Shown one piece after another: positions 1 to 9,838 of a stretch of DNA of 64,000 bases. Where the stretch lies: NCBI GenBank assembly GCA_000004985.1, contig GG738885.1; one strand, written 5' to 3'. Source of the stretch: Naegleria gruberi. Its lineage: Eukaryota. Position numbers and translations under genes: made by a program. The notes under the pieces are model-generated. The model was given only the letters and a program-made list of their open reading frames with translations, was not told the origin of the DNA and did not search any database. How positions within the stretch are numbered: position 1 is the stretch's first letter; each line of letters starts with the position of its first letter.

Positions 1-521
1 TTGCAAGTGACACAATTTTAAACCATGATGTTATGCGAATAATGAAAGAAAAATTGTGTCATGTTGCTTTGGATTATGAATCGAGTAAGAATGATACTTC
101 AGTAGTGGAATATGAATTACCTGATGGAAGTATAATTAAAGCAGGTAATGAGCGATTCAAATGTGCAGAATTACTCTTTCAACCACACCTTATTGGATTG
201 GATATTTTGGGAATTCACGAGTCTGTCATTACTTCAATCAGAAAGTGTGATATTGATTGTAGGAAACTCATGTTTAATAATATTATTCTATCAGGTGGGT
301 CAACATTGATGAAGGGTATTGTTGAGAGATTGAGAAATGAATTGGTTGAATCGACTTCTTCATGTACTAAAATTGCTGTAAAAGATGTTCCAGAAAGAAG
401 ATTTCTACCATGGATCGGAGGTTCTATTGCTGCTTCCTTATCCACTTTTCAATCACTGGCTATCTCAGCAACAGAATTTGCCGAAGCTGGAAGTAACATC
501 TTGTACAGAAAGTACCAGTGA
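1..521 (+). CDS. C-terminal ~170 codons of an actin or actin-related protein; the gene starts upstream of the window
   Basis: Translation KEKLCHVALDYE..ELPDGSII.AGNERF.C.E.LFQP..IG.....IHE....SI.KCD.D.RK.L..N..LSGG.T...GI..R...E........K......PER....WIGGSI.ASLSTFQ aligns to actin subdomains 3/4 (LPDG, GNERF, LSGG, WIGGSILASLSTFQ motifs). Frame is open from base 3; stop TGA at 519-521. Confidence 0.7.
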   Translation, partial: ASDTILNHDVMRIMKEKLCHVALDYESSKNDTSVVEYELPDGSIIKAGNERFKCAELLFQPHLIGLDILGIHESVITSIRKCDIDCRKLMFNNIILSGGSTLMKGIVERLRNELVESTSSCTKIAVKDVPERRFLPWIGGSIAASLSTFQSLAISATEFAEAGSNILYRKYQ

Positions 522-802
522 GATTTTGACAGACAAAAGTTTCCTCCTATGCCTACAATTAAAATACCAATCATTCCATTGGTAAATTCTATTTGGATGA
601 AGTGAAAGAATGTGATATGAATCTTTTAGGCAATCAAATGGTACATTTTACAACACTTTAAGAGTTATCAAGAAGTTGGTTATAATTTTGAATCCATTCC
701 ATATTTAATTGTTGATGTTCCATCAGATTTAATTCAAATTCAATCGAATTATAATTTAAAAGCAACATTAAAAAACAAGTTAGTGATGGTTACTGTACAA
801 AC

Positions 803-3800
803 TTATTGCAAAATCTTTATTTGAAGTGTTTGAGCCAATAAAAGTCTCAATTCAGAAAGTGTTAACAGCTTTGTTTGAGTGTCGTTGCTTATATTTTCTT
901 TGAACTCAAATTCCATATATTCAACATGTTCCATTACTGAAAGTAATTCAGTGTACTGAAGTAATGTCAAATTGATGGACATTAATAATTCCATTTTAAG
1001 TTCAGAGTTGGGAATTTCGGAGAGAGTGGAAGGTAACAAGTGGGCATTAGCTTCACAATTATCGAGTATCTTAAAGAAGGAAGAGATCCATTGAATTTCT
1101 GGCATTTCAATCATGAAAGAATATTCCTCAAGACCATAATGCACATATCTCAAGTTTTGAGTTGTGCTTATCTTGTCTCTTATCACATCTTCCAGTTCAT
1201 CCATATTACCTGATTTGTAAACATGATAAATACCAGCAGCAAAATTATGTTCAGCAATATATGCCAGTCCTAATTTCAAGTGAAGTTTACCGCAAACAGT
1301 CTTAGCAAATGGTGTATCCTTAACATATCTGTAAATCTTATCAATTTGATTTTCGTTTGTAATATGAATATTCAAAATAATATTGGTAATAATATCTTGA
1401 ATTTGCTTTTGAGATTCGTCATCATAATAAGAAAGATAATCAACAGCAATCTTCCAAAGATCGTTTTCCAAGTTTTCGCATGGATTGGTATCAATCAATT
1501 TTTGATAATAAGGAAGTAACTCTTCAATAACATATAATTTGATTGCTTCGTTTTTGAAAATATGCAAACTTTCAAGATAACTATTGGCATTGGTTGCAGT
1601 ATAAATCCTTTGATAAAGGAAATTGATATGGTAGAAGAAAGTAGCAATATGTGACATGAACCAGTGGTATTTGAAAAATTCTTGGTTTTGATTTGATAAA
1701 GCCAAACCTTGATCAATATTCTTCAACGTGTCCTCCAAATTATCACCAAAAACAATCAAACCAATAGCTTCAAGAACAAGACTTGGTTCATCCTCTTTAA
1801 GATTTTTGGCATGAACAGCCAAATCAATAATTTCATTGATATCAGCAAAATGTTGATACTTATATAATGCCAAACCAATAAGAATTTCAATCCAGTTTTC
1901 AGAGACATCTGTGATGATATTTTCATTTCCAATAAGTATTTCAATGCAAGTGTTAAGGAATGCAAATTCATCAGATCCATCATCTTGACCTTGTAATTCC
2001 TTTTTAAGCTTAAGGACTAACCTCTTCCAAACTTGCATTTCATCAAGATATTCTTCGAATGTAGCTGATATCGAAGAGTAATTAACTACATTAGGACGTT
2101 TAGATAAAATTTCCAAGAATGCTGTATATAAATCATGTAATTTCCTTGGCATTGTCTTTAACTCTGCACTCTTTTGTTGCTTGATAGCTTCAACAACTTT
2201 AGATGAATGCTCACCAATAACCAAAAGTCTGTAAAGATTTTGATCTAACTCACTTTCCCTACTGAAACAGACAGAACTTCTAATGTACCATTTTACAAGT
2301 TTTTGAAGTAAACCTCCTCTGCAGAATCTGTTAAAATAAAATATATCAACAGCAGAGAATATATCAAAATAGGTACCAAATTGTTTAAGTTCCCCAATAC
2401 CTTGGTAGATGATTGATTTGAATTGGGAAATAGTTTTTTCCAAAATATTCTTATCTAGTTTGTCCTCTAGGAAAGCATCTTGCATATAAAGGAACATTTC
2501 TGCAGATTCGTGCAAAATCTTCCACCATAAATCTTCTTTAGATAAAGAGGAATTAGAGTTTGGAGTAAATTCCAAATATTCAGGATTATAAGAGTCGTTA
2601 TCTTCCTCCATAGCTGTATTATTAGAAAGGATTGATCTTTGATAAACTGATTGTGTTGGTGGTGATTTAGCGTTCAAAGGACTGTTCGAAATACTGAATA
2701 TAGTGTCGTTATGATCTGTTGTCTTTTCCAAATATTTGGCAAATGGTGATACTCCATTAGTGCTTGATTCAAAAGAGTCATTATTGAAAGGAACAGAGCC
2801 CTGGATTGGTGCTGTTCTGTTCAAGTCTACAACTTGGCTTGGTTTTGATTGAAATGCTGGCCTATTCATCGCAAACTTGTCTTCTTCTAAAACCAATGGA
2901 TCGTTATCGAGTAAATCTTCTTCATCAACCTTCTTTTTAAAATCAAACTTTGAGCCAGCTTTAACATATGACACTGTGTTTGGTGGTTTTTTGCTTCTTA
3001 CTGCCTTAGGTGTGGAGGTGATTGATGTTATTGGTTGTTCATCATCTTCCATATCTTCATAGGTTTTGGAAATTTGAGGATTCATTGGGAAGTTAATGAC
3101 TGGAGCAGTGGTTTCAGATTTGTTATTGAATCCAAATGAAGGGAAGGATTGTGGTTCGCTTGAAGTATTTCCAAACGAAAAGGAGGTTGGTGCTTTGGTT
3201 GGCACTGGTTCTGAACTACTCTCATCGCTACTGCTACTATCATCATCGTTGTTTGTTGCAAGCTTTCCAAATGAAAATGGAACAGCTCCTTTTCCCAATG
3301 ATGTATTACCTGGATTAAAGCCAGTACTAGAACTGGATGAAGAGCCACTTCCAGGATTAAATCCAAAAGATAAAACTTGACCAGTTCCAGGATTAAATCC
3401 ACCAACTGATTCTTTTGGCTTTTCAGGTTCTGAAGGTTTTGCAAAATTGAATGAACCAGTTGTAGGCTCTGTAGTTGTACTTGATCCAAAATTGAATGAA
3501 AATGGTTTTGTTGTAGATTCTTCTTGTGTAAATCCAAATGAAAGAGTGTTTCCGGTATTGGATTTAGCAGCCTCCTTTTCTGTAGTTGAACCCAAGGAAA
3601 ATGGCTTTGGTACTGATGCTGGCTCTGAGCTACTCTCATCGCTACTGCTACTATCATCATCGTTGTTTGTTGCAAGTTTTCCAAATGAAAATGGAACAGC
3701 ACCTTTTCCTAATGAAGTATTACCTGGATTAAAGCCAGTATTAGAACTGGAAGATCCGCTTCCAGGGTTGAACCCAAAAGATAAAACTTGACTAGCTCCA

Positions 3801-4381
3801 GGATTAAATCCTCCAATTGATTCCTTTGGTTTTTCTTGTTCCTTTGTTTGTCCAAATGAAAATGGTTTTGGTTCAGTATTGCCAGTAGTTGTTGTTCCAA
3901 AAGTAAATCCTTTTGATGAATCAAATGTATCTTTTGGTTGTTCTGTTGATGTATTAGTAGTTTCACTAGTTTTAGTACTCGCCAATGCTCCGAATGAAAA
4001 AGGTACAGAACCAGTTCCAAGTGATGTTTGTCCTGGGTTAAAACCCGAAGATGAAGAACTTCCACTACCAGGATTAAATGCAAAACCTCCACTGCTACTA
4101 GTTCCACCAAAATTGGGTTTTGTTGTGACTGGTGTAGTGAAAGAAAAGCCTCCTTTTGTTTCCTTTACACTAGAGGTTCCTTCCAAAGCAGATGATCCTT
4201 CACTTGAATCCTTTTCCACTAAATTATCCTCGCTCTTTTCAGGTTCATCGGTAGGCTTATTAAAGACAAAATTAACTGGTTTTGAAGGCATATCCACAAG
4301 GATTGGTGGTGTTGTTGTTGTAGGTGTATCATTTTGTGTTTCCTTTGTTGCACGAACTTGAAAAGTCGAAAGAAAACCCAT
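803..4381 (-). CDS. FG-repeat nucleoporin: N-terminal FSFG/GFNPG/SFGF repeat region plus a ~700-aa C-terminal alpha-helical domain
   Basis: Long minus-strand ORF. The track start at 4417 is a TTG; the first ATG is at 4381-4379 (MGFLSTFQ). Dozens of FSFG, GFNPG, FGFN and SFGF motifs separated by Ser/Thr/Asn-rich spacers are typical of FG nucleoporins. The C-terminal half is non-repetitive and helical. Confidence 0.7.
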   Translation of the reverse strand: MGFLSTFQVRATKETQNDTPTTTTPPILVDMPSKPVNFVFNKPTDEPEKSEDNLVEKDSSEGSSALEGTSSVKETKGGFSFTTPVTTKPNFGGTSSSGGFAFNPGSGSSSSSGFNPGQTSLGTGSVPFSFGALASTKTSETTNTSTEQPKDTFDSSKGFTFGTTTTGNTEPKPFSFGQTKEQEKPKESIGGFNPGASQVLSFGFNPGSGSSSSNTGFNPGNTSLGKGAVPFSFGKLATNNDDDSSSSDESSSEPASVPKPFSLGSTTEKEAAKSNTGNTLSFGFTQEESTTKPFSFNFGSSTTTEPTTGSFNFAKPSEPEKPKESVGGFNPGTGQVLSFGFNPGSGSSSSSSTGFNPGNTSLGKGAVPFSFGKLATNNDDDSSSSDESSSEPVPTKAPTSFSFGNTSSEPQSFPSFGFNNKSETTAPVINFPMNPQISKTYEDMEDDEQPITSITSTPKAVRSKKPPNTVSYVKAGSKFDFKKKVDEEDLLDNDPLVLEEDKFAMNRPAFQSKPSQVVDLNRTAPIQGSVPFNNDSFESSTNGVSPFAKYLEKTTDHNDTIFSISNSPLNAKSPPTQSVYQRSILSNNTAMEEDNDSYNPEYLEFTPNSNSSLSKEDLWWKILHESAEMFLYMQDAFLEDKLDKNILEKTISQFKSIIYQGIGELKQFGTYFDIFSAVDIFYFNRFCRGGLLQKLVKWYIRSSVCFSRESELDQNLYRLLVIGEHSSKVVEAIKQQKSAELKTMPRKLHDLYTAFLEILSKRPNVVNYSSISATFEEYLDEMQVWKRLVLKLKKELQGQDDGSDEFAFLNTCIEILIGNENIITDVSENWIEILIGLALYKYQHFADINEIIDLAVHAKNLKEDEPSLVLEAIGLIVFGDNLEDTLKNIDQGLALSNQNQEFFKYHWFMSHIATFFYHINFLYQRIYTATNANSYLESLHIFKNEAIKLYVIEELLPYYQKLIDTNPCENLENDLWKIAVDYLSYYDDESQKQIQDIITNIILNIHITNENQIDKIYRYVKDTPFAKTVCGKLHLKLGLAYIAEHNFAAGIYHVYKSGNMDELEDVIRDKISTTQNLRYVHYGLEEYSFMIEMPEIQWISSFFKILDNCEANAHLLPSTLSEIPNSELKMELLMSINLTLLQYTELLSVMEHVEYMEFEFKENISNDTQTKLLTLSELRLLLAQTLQIKILQ
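3196..3855. repeat. Internal tandem duplication (~410-bp period, about 90% identity over ~230 bp) inside the FG-nucleoporin gene
   Basis: 3196-3440 and 3613-3855 are near-identical. Plus-strand ORFs 3096-3380 and 3447-3791 both end ...SELLSSLLLLSSSLFVASFPNENGTAPFPN.VLPGLKPVLEL..PLPGLNPKDKT. On the coding strand this duplicates a ~137-aa FG unit (KPKES.GGFNPG..QVLSFGFNPGSGSSSS..TGFNPGNTSLGKGAVPFSFGKLATNNDDDSSSSDESSSEP). Confidence 0.7.
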
Positions 4382-4671
4382 AATGTCATTGGCTCCCTCC
4401 TTTCTGTTATTGTTCAAAATTGTTCAATAATAAATTATCATCATGATTGTGATGGAAATTGTTGTGGTGAATAAATTTTATTATTAAAATCACCTACCCG
4501 AAAAGTCCTGACATTTTTTTCTTTAAATTCTTGAAGTTTATTCAAATATTAATAACAATACAACACTATGTAATATGTTTCATCACAACACTGTAATAAT
4601 TAAATCCTTGTTTTCCACATGGAAAAACAACTTTTCTTATTAATTGAAGAAGCAAATAATTGAAAGAAAAA

Positions 4672-5001
4672 ATGAGTGAACAATCAAGTAGTAATTCATC
4701 ATCAAATCAACAAGTGGCAGCCACTTCATCATCGGCCGATTTATTATTTGTTGATCCTCTACAATTAAAAATTAAAACATTCTTGGAGAAGGCTAAAACT
4801 GTAACATTATTGGAAAATTTGAAATCACAAAGACAATTCCATAATCCAGAAATTTTAAATAAAATTATGAAAGAATTTTCTCTTCATGATGAATATGGAA
4901 CCAATACACCATCAGAGATTTATACACCAATTAGTGCTGAAGAATATAAGGAAATGAGTAAGAAGAGACAATTGGATCAAGAAAAACAGAATTTCATGTA
5001 A
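4672..5001 (+). CDS. HCNGP-like (SAP30-binding-protein-like) small protein; a short 3' exon ending at 5070 is possible
   Basis: The track start at 4660 is TTG; ATG is at 4672. The HNPEILNKIMKEFSLHDEYGTNTPSEIYTP region matches the HCNGP motif RNPSIYEKLIQFCAIDELGTNYPKDMFDP. The stop TAA at 4999-5001 sits inside a GTAAGT donor. A 42-nt intron (4999-5040) to acceptor CCAG would add ...IQMQKQKYRR and end at 5070. Confidence 0.55.
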   Translation: MSEQSSSNSSSNQQVAATSSSADLLFVDPLQLKIKTFLEKAKTVTLLENLKSQRQFHNPEILNKIMKEFSLHDEYGTNTPSEIYTPISAEEYKEMSKKRQLDQEKQNFM

Positions 5002-5114
5002 GTTTCATTATTTTACAAAATCCAAATTGACCAATCCAGCCAAATGCAAAAGCAGAAATACAGAAGATAACAGAATTTACAAATTTAGATGTATTATTAA
5101 CAATTAGAAAGAGC

Positions 5115-5738
5115 TTATTCTTTCTTTTGACCTATGAAGGACATAACAAATGGTAAAAGATTTTGTTGTAATCCAAGTAACAATCCAGCTCCAGCTTCCT
5201 TACTTCCCTCAAAGTACTTTCCAACGTATGTGTATAACTTTCCTCTGGCGAAACTGAGAACCTTATCAATATCTTGTTCCAAATTTTCCCACTTCATTAA
5301 CTTATAAACACAATTATCAAAGAACCATATGCAAATACTCTTTGAGGTAATGACATAAATAACAAAAGCAAGTTTGAAAATGTAATAAATTGGGAGGGTA
5401 TTGTAGAAGAAATCTTCCAAAATAAATTCAATAGCATAGAGAATAGTATAGATCATCCAATAAGCAAGCCATTTCTTGTGATTTCCTTCCAACATTTCAA
5501 CTTGTTCTTCCTTCCAAAGTTGTTCTTGTCTTTCGGGAGTATTAAATTCAAATCCTGTATTCACAATTCCCTCTCTCTTCTTCTTTTCTTGAAGTTTTTG
5601 AAATTTAATAACAATTTCATATTCCTCTTGTTTTTGAATGAACTGTTTGGCAGTATGATACGATGCAATTAATGGGTATACAAGTCCAACCAGTACACAC
5701 GACAAATTAGAAAAGTAAAATAATGTTGCTCCGATCAT
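5115..5738 (-). CDS. TB2/DP1/HVA22 (REEP/Yop1) family ER-shaping membrane protein
   Basis: 207 aa with ATG at 5738. VGLVYPLIASYHTAKQ and WLAYWMIYTILYAIEFILEDFF..LPIYYIFKLAFVIYV match the REEP/Yop1 conserved hairpin-TM region (GxxYPxYxSxKA; YWxVYxxF). Confidence 0.7.
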   Translation of the reverse strand: MIGATLFYFSNLSCVLVGLVYPLIASYHTAKQFIQKQEEYEIVIKFQKLQEKKKREGIVNTGFEFNTPERQEQLWKEEQVEMLEGNHKKWLAYWMIYTILYAIEFILEDFFYNTLPIYYIFKLAFVIYVITSKSICIWFFDNCVYKLMKWENLEQDIDKVLSFARGKLYTYVGKYFEGSKEAGAGLLLGLQQNLLPFVMSFIGQKKE

Positions 5739-6118
5739 TTCAAATTATTCCAAAAAATGTTTTTAAAAACAATTAATAATAGCGTAATTCTTATACCACG
5801 CTAAAATGACACAATTCTAATTCCAATCTATTAACGATGGTGATGAGAATAAATCACATACAATTTAGATGAAAATTCAAACGCTCCGAGATCAGCGATT
5901 CTGCACGTTTTGTCTTTGGATTTTTTTTAAATTTAATAAAAAATAGCGGGAAAGCCTCCATGCAAAGATTCCTTAATAACAACCAAGCGATAATAAGAAG
6001 CAAGAGAGCAAACTCAAAACGTTGATTTGTTAATGAAAATAATACAATGAGGTAAACTGAAAGATTATCTTCAGAACAATCAAATGTCTAAAGGTGGAGG
6101 TTTTGACAAGCAAAAAAA

Positions 6119-7485
6119 ATGGGTAAAAAGCAATCAAAGCAAAATTCATTGTCACTTGTTCTTCCTCCAAGCAAGTGTCCAGATCATATTCAAATTCCGA
6201 TAACTTTGGACGATAGTAGTAGATTTTCGTTTTTAGGAAATCATACGTTTTTGATTCCAACAGTACAATTGGATGATGTATTGAGAAGATTAGAATGTAC
6301 AAGCGAATGGATTCCAATAGAATTTGCTGTTAATAATTTGAATGCCACAAATCGTATTGTTGCTTTTGGACATTCAGAGAGTTTAGTTGTTATTGTTACT
6401 GGTAGGTAATAGTGTGGATTACCTTAGGTTGACTTGTTTGATTTAGATGATTTCAAAGTGTTTTGTGCTGGAAAATCAAGTGAGTTAAATAATACTGGAA
6501 ATAATGCCACATGGCGTGATTTCAAAAAGATTAAGAATACTTTTACTGAGGTTATTAAATCAGTATACTGTATTAAAGAAAGTATACTATTTACTACTGT
6601 AGATGGACAGGTATATGCCTACAGTAACTCAAAGACAGCTAAATTAGGACTTGGAGAAGCTATTGCAACAATGGAGCCTGTCAAAGTTGAAAAGGCTGAT
6701 ATTTTCGAAAAAGGATTAGCTGAGGAAATTCCACTACCAAAAATCAAATCAATTAGCTTTAGTGAAAACATTACAGCTTTTATTAGTGAAGAGGGTATGT
6801 AGATATCATTTGAAATCGTACTTAATGAGATAATTTAGGAAAGGTATTTGTTTGTGGTTATGGAAGCGGTGATAAATGGAAATTTCCAATCAAAGATGAA
6901 GATGAAACACCATTCAAACGTCTTGATACACCAGCTCTTGTAAAAAGTTTACTTAAGAATAAGGTTATTAAGCAGGTAGCTTGTGGTTTTTATCACATGC
7001 TCTTCCTTACAGATAATGGAGAATTATATGTTTGTGGTAATAATGAGTTTGGTCAACTTGGAAATGGAAAAAATGAAAATGTTGAAGGTTGTGTAAAAAG
7101 AGTCAAATTTGGAATTGGTGTTAAGCATATTGCTGCATCAAACAATTTTTCAGTTATTGTAACTGAAGATAATCAAATTTATAGATTTGGAGATTTGAGT
7201 TGGCAAGTGAAGAATAACCCAACTACTTTCAATTTACCAACTTTACTGACTGAATATACAGAAGTTGGAAATCCTCCTGTTAAATCAATTTATGCTGTAC
7301 AATCTGGAGTTGTAATTCAAACTGAGAGTGACGAAATTTACATGATTGGGCCACTTGAAGCAAAATTAGGATTTGAAGCCTTTAGAAAATTAAGTATTCT
7401 AAAAGGAGATGGAGAAATCTCATTATCCATTACTAGCAATTCAATTGTGTGCGACTATGATTCAAACAAGAAATATAAATTCTAA
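6119..7485 (+). CDS. RCC1-repeat (regulator of chromosome condensation-like) protein; 3 exons 6119-6401, 6447-6794, 6839-7485
   Basis: Three ORFs share one frame when joined by 45-nt and 44-nt introns (donors GTAGGT at 6402 and GTATGT at 6795; acceptors TTTAG at 6446 and TTTAG at 6838). Both junctions are phase 1. Exon 3 carries RCC1 repeat signatures (VACGFYHMLFLTDNGELYVCGNNEFGQLGNG; KVFVCGYGSGDKW). The N-terminus MGKKQSK fits an N-myristoylation motif. Confidence 0.7.
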
Positions 7486-7584
7486 GTTACAAGATGTCAC
7501 AATAATTTTATGTACATAATTTTGAATGAATTTCCAAAATTTCTAATCTATACAAGGAAAATATGATAAATTATCACCAAATAA

Positions 7585-8483
7585 TTAACATCCACATCCA
7601 CCTCCTCCACTTCCAGAATTGTTTGACTTCCCTGATGAAGGATGTGATTGAGGTTGAGATCCTAAGGTCACAGTCTTTGTTCCAGTCTCCGAAGAATTAT
7701 TCTTTCTTCTATTAAATTCACTTTCAGCATAATTACCTGCTTGATATAAACGATCCAACATATTGTCAAATGGTTCTTTTACACCAGAACCATCCTTTGC
7801 TGATGCTTCAAAATATGGAATATTAAATTTCTTTGCTAATTCTTCAGCTCTGCTACGATCAACTACTCTTCTATGAACCATATCACTCTTGTTACCTACA
7901 AGTGTAATAAGAGCATTCTCTTGAGCATTGGATTTAATTTGTTGAATCCATTTGGTTGTATTTTGGAAACTAGTTTCATTTGTCAAGTCGAAAACTACTA
8001 GAATACCATTTACACCTCTATAGTATGAAACAACAATACTATTAAAACGTTCCTATATAATGTTGTTATTGTGTTAATCATCCATTATTATTATTATCCA
8101 CGTTAGCTTCACTTATTGTTAATATTATTAAACATACTTGTCCAGCTGTTACTTGATAAGACAAAACTATTAATTTCAAGAAGAGACTTACCTGTATCCC
8201 ACAATTGCATTCTAGCAACCTTTTGATTTTGCATTAACTTGTTCTTAATTTTAAAATCAACTCCTATTGTACTTTGATATGTATCATTATATTCATTGTC
8301 TGTGTATCGTAAAATTAAACAAGTCTATTATCATCCGATTATTATTAAATTCCATTCATTAATAACAATTATTTACCTTTCCAGCGCCAGAATCACCTAT
8401 TGAAATTTAAATACTTTCAACGTTTACAAAAACATACCGACCAGCAAAATTTTAACGAACAAGTCGTAATTTTCTTCTTTCAT
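7585..8483 (-). CDS. Rab-family small GTPase; 5 exons on the minus strand: 8483-8438, 8396-8377, 8324-8192, 8145-8138 (8-nt micro-exon), 8052-7585
   Basis: The spliced product is MKEENYDLFVKILLVG|GDSGAGK|TCLILRYTDNEYNDTYQSTIGVDFKIKNK...ARMQLWDT|AGQ|ERFNSIVVSYYRGVNGILVVFDLTNETSF...GNKSDM...SAKDGSGV...GCGC. It carries the G1 P-loop, the Rab TIGVDF motif, WDTAGQE switch II, NKxD, SAK and a C-terminal CXC prenylation motif. All donors are GTATGT/GTAAAT/GTAAGT and acceptors AG, with consistent phases. Confidence 0.75.
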
Positions 8484-8900
8484 TTTATTTTGGTGGGAAA
8501 TTTGAAGGTTTTTAGCTTGTTGCTTCTTTTTTATTGTTTCTGTTTCAGAGACAGAATAATTTATCAGAGCATAAAATAGAATTGGTGATTGACATTTTCA
8601 TTCCAAAAGTACATTAGTTTGTTCTCAACGTAAACCTGAAACGTGTTGTTGTTCCTTTTACATTGCTACACAAGATTTTTGTTCTTGCTGCTAATAATAT
8701 TGTTATTGCAACAATATTCAAAAATATTCAATATTGAAAAAGGACATCTCATGCTACTAGGATCCATCTATTAAACCATTCCTCCCAATACGCCTGGATC
8801 TAGAAGGATTGCAAGGAACAATTGCTTGGACCAATAACAAATAAATATTTAATTAAATTTTTTTAAAAATTCAAAATAAATTTTCAATCGAAATAAAAAA

Positions 8901-9482
8901 ATGACTAACAGAAAGGACCTCATCTTTAAACTTGCCAAAGGTTATTTCGGCAGAAGTAAAAATTGTTGGAGAACAACAAGAAATAGAGTGGAGCATGGTC
9001 TTGAACATGCCTACCGTGGAAGAAAGGAAAAGAAAAGAACAATGAGTAGTATTTGGATACAAAATGTTAAAGCTGCTACCGAACAACATGGAGTAAAATA
9101 TAGTCAATTTATGAATGGATTTGTTCTTAGTGGATGCCAAATTAATCGTAAAGTACTTGCCGAATTGGCCCAAACAGAACCTTTAACTATGCGTGCTTTA
9201 GTAGCCTTGTCTGTGCAAGCACGTAGAGAATTTGCTGTAGAATTCGGAAACAAGGATAACTCAGCTGGTGCTCTTTCGTATGAACTTGACTTCCCAGTGG
9301 AAGCTGAATTATCTTATGAAGGAGAAGATGCTGAAGTTACTCGTATAACGGAACATTTGTCCAAAGTTTTCTCTGACCTTGTTGCCAAGGAATATGAAGA
9401 AGATAAGATTTACCAACAAAAACTTGAACAAGAAATTAAGGATAAGAAGATTAAAGTCACCGGAGACCCAATTATTGTATAA
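8901..9482 (+). CDS. Mitochondrial-type ribosomal protein bL20 (MRPL20 homolog) with an acidic C-terminal extension
   Basis: The N-terminal ~115 aa (RKDLIFKLAKGYFGRSKNCWRTTRNRVEHGLEHAYRGRKEKKR...IWIQNVKAATEQHGVKYSQFMNGF...INRKVLAELA) align with bacterial or organellar L20 (KQAKGYYGARS...YRDRRQRKR.FR.LWI.RINAA....G..YS.F...L....I..DRK.LA..A). Confidence 0.7.
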   Translation: MTNRKDLIFKLAKGYFGRSKNCWRTTRNRVEHGLEHAYRGRKEKKRTMSSIWIQNVKAATEQHGVKYSQFMNGFVLSGCQINRKVLAELAQTEPLTMRALVALSVQARREFAVEFGNKDNSAGALSYELDFPVEAELSYEGEDAEVTRITEHLSKVFSDLVAKEYEEDKIYQQKLEQEIKDKKIKVTGDPIIV

Positions 9483-9685
9483 AAACCTAAAAAAACAAAT
9501 ATTATATGGATTAAATTATATTTTCTAAATTGTTTCATCTCCTCCTTACTGAAATTGAGAAACTTTACAAATAATTATTAATATTATTTGGAGAACATGC
9601 AACCCTTTAGATAATTTAAAAAAGTCAAAAGCATTAAAACCAACAAGTTGCAAATTTTCAATAATAGAATTTTGAGATAGACAAT

Positions 9686-9803
9686 GGCTACGGCCATATC
9701 ACGATGAATGCACCTCATCCCGTCCGATTTGAGAAGTTAAGCATCGTCGAGCCACATCAGTACTGAGGTTGGAGACAACTTGGGAACCTGTGGTGCTGTA
9801 GTC
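9686..9803 (+). rRNA. 5S ribosomal RNA gene, copy 1 (118 nt)
   Basis: GGCTACGGCCATATCACGATGAATGCACCTCATCCCGTCCGATTTGAGAAGTTAAGCATCGTCGAGCCACATCAGTACTGAGGTTGGAGACAACTTGGGAACCTGTGGTGCTGTAGTC matches eukaryotic 5S along its length (GCCTACGGCCATACC...CCCGTCCGATCTCGGAAGTTAAGC...AGTACT.GG.TGGGAGAC..CTGGGAA.ACC.GGTGCTGTAG). It is followed by a TTTTT Pol III terminator. Confidence 0.85.
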
Positions 9804-9809
9804 TTTTTC
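9804..9809 (+). terminator. T-run (TTTTTC) immediately 3' of 5S copy 1; presumed RNA polymerase III terminator
   Basis: An oligo-T tract directly abuts the 5S 3' end. The same arrangement occurs at the other two copies. Confidence 0.4.
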
Positions 9810-9838
9810 AAATTAACACTTTTAATGTTTGTTCCAGA

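Noticed and set aside
1280-4361. Multiple ORFs of 60-200 aa on both strands inside the nucleoporin gene (for example 1280-1519, 1495-1716, 1756-1983, 3082-3702, 3709-4110, 3879-4361)
   Set aside because: They lie antisense or out of frame to a 1190-aa gene with clear FG-repeat identity. Their products are low-complexity mirror translations of the Ser/Gly/Asn-rich repeats.
8871-9173. Minus-strand 100-aa ORF overlapping the bL20 gene
   Set aside because: It overlaps a well-conserved plus-strand CDS and has no recognisable features. It looks like chance antisense ORF.
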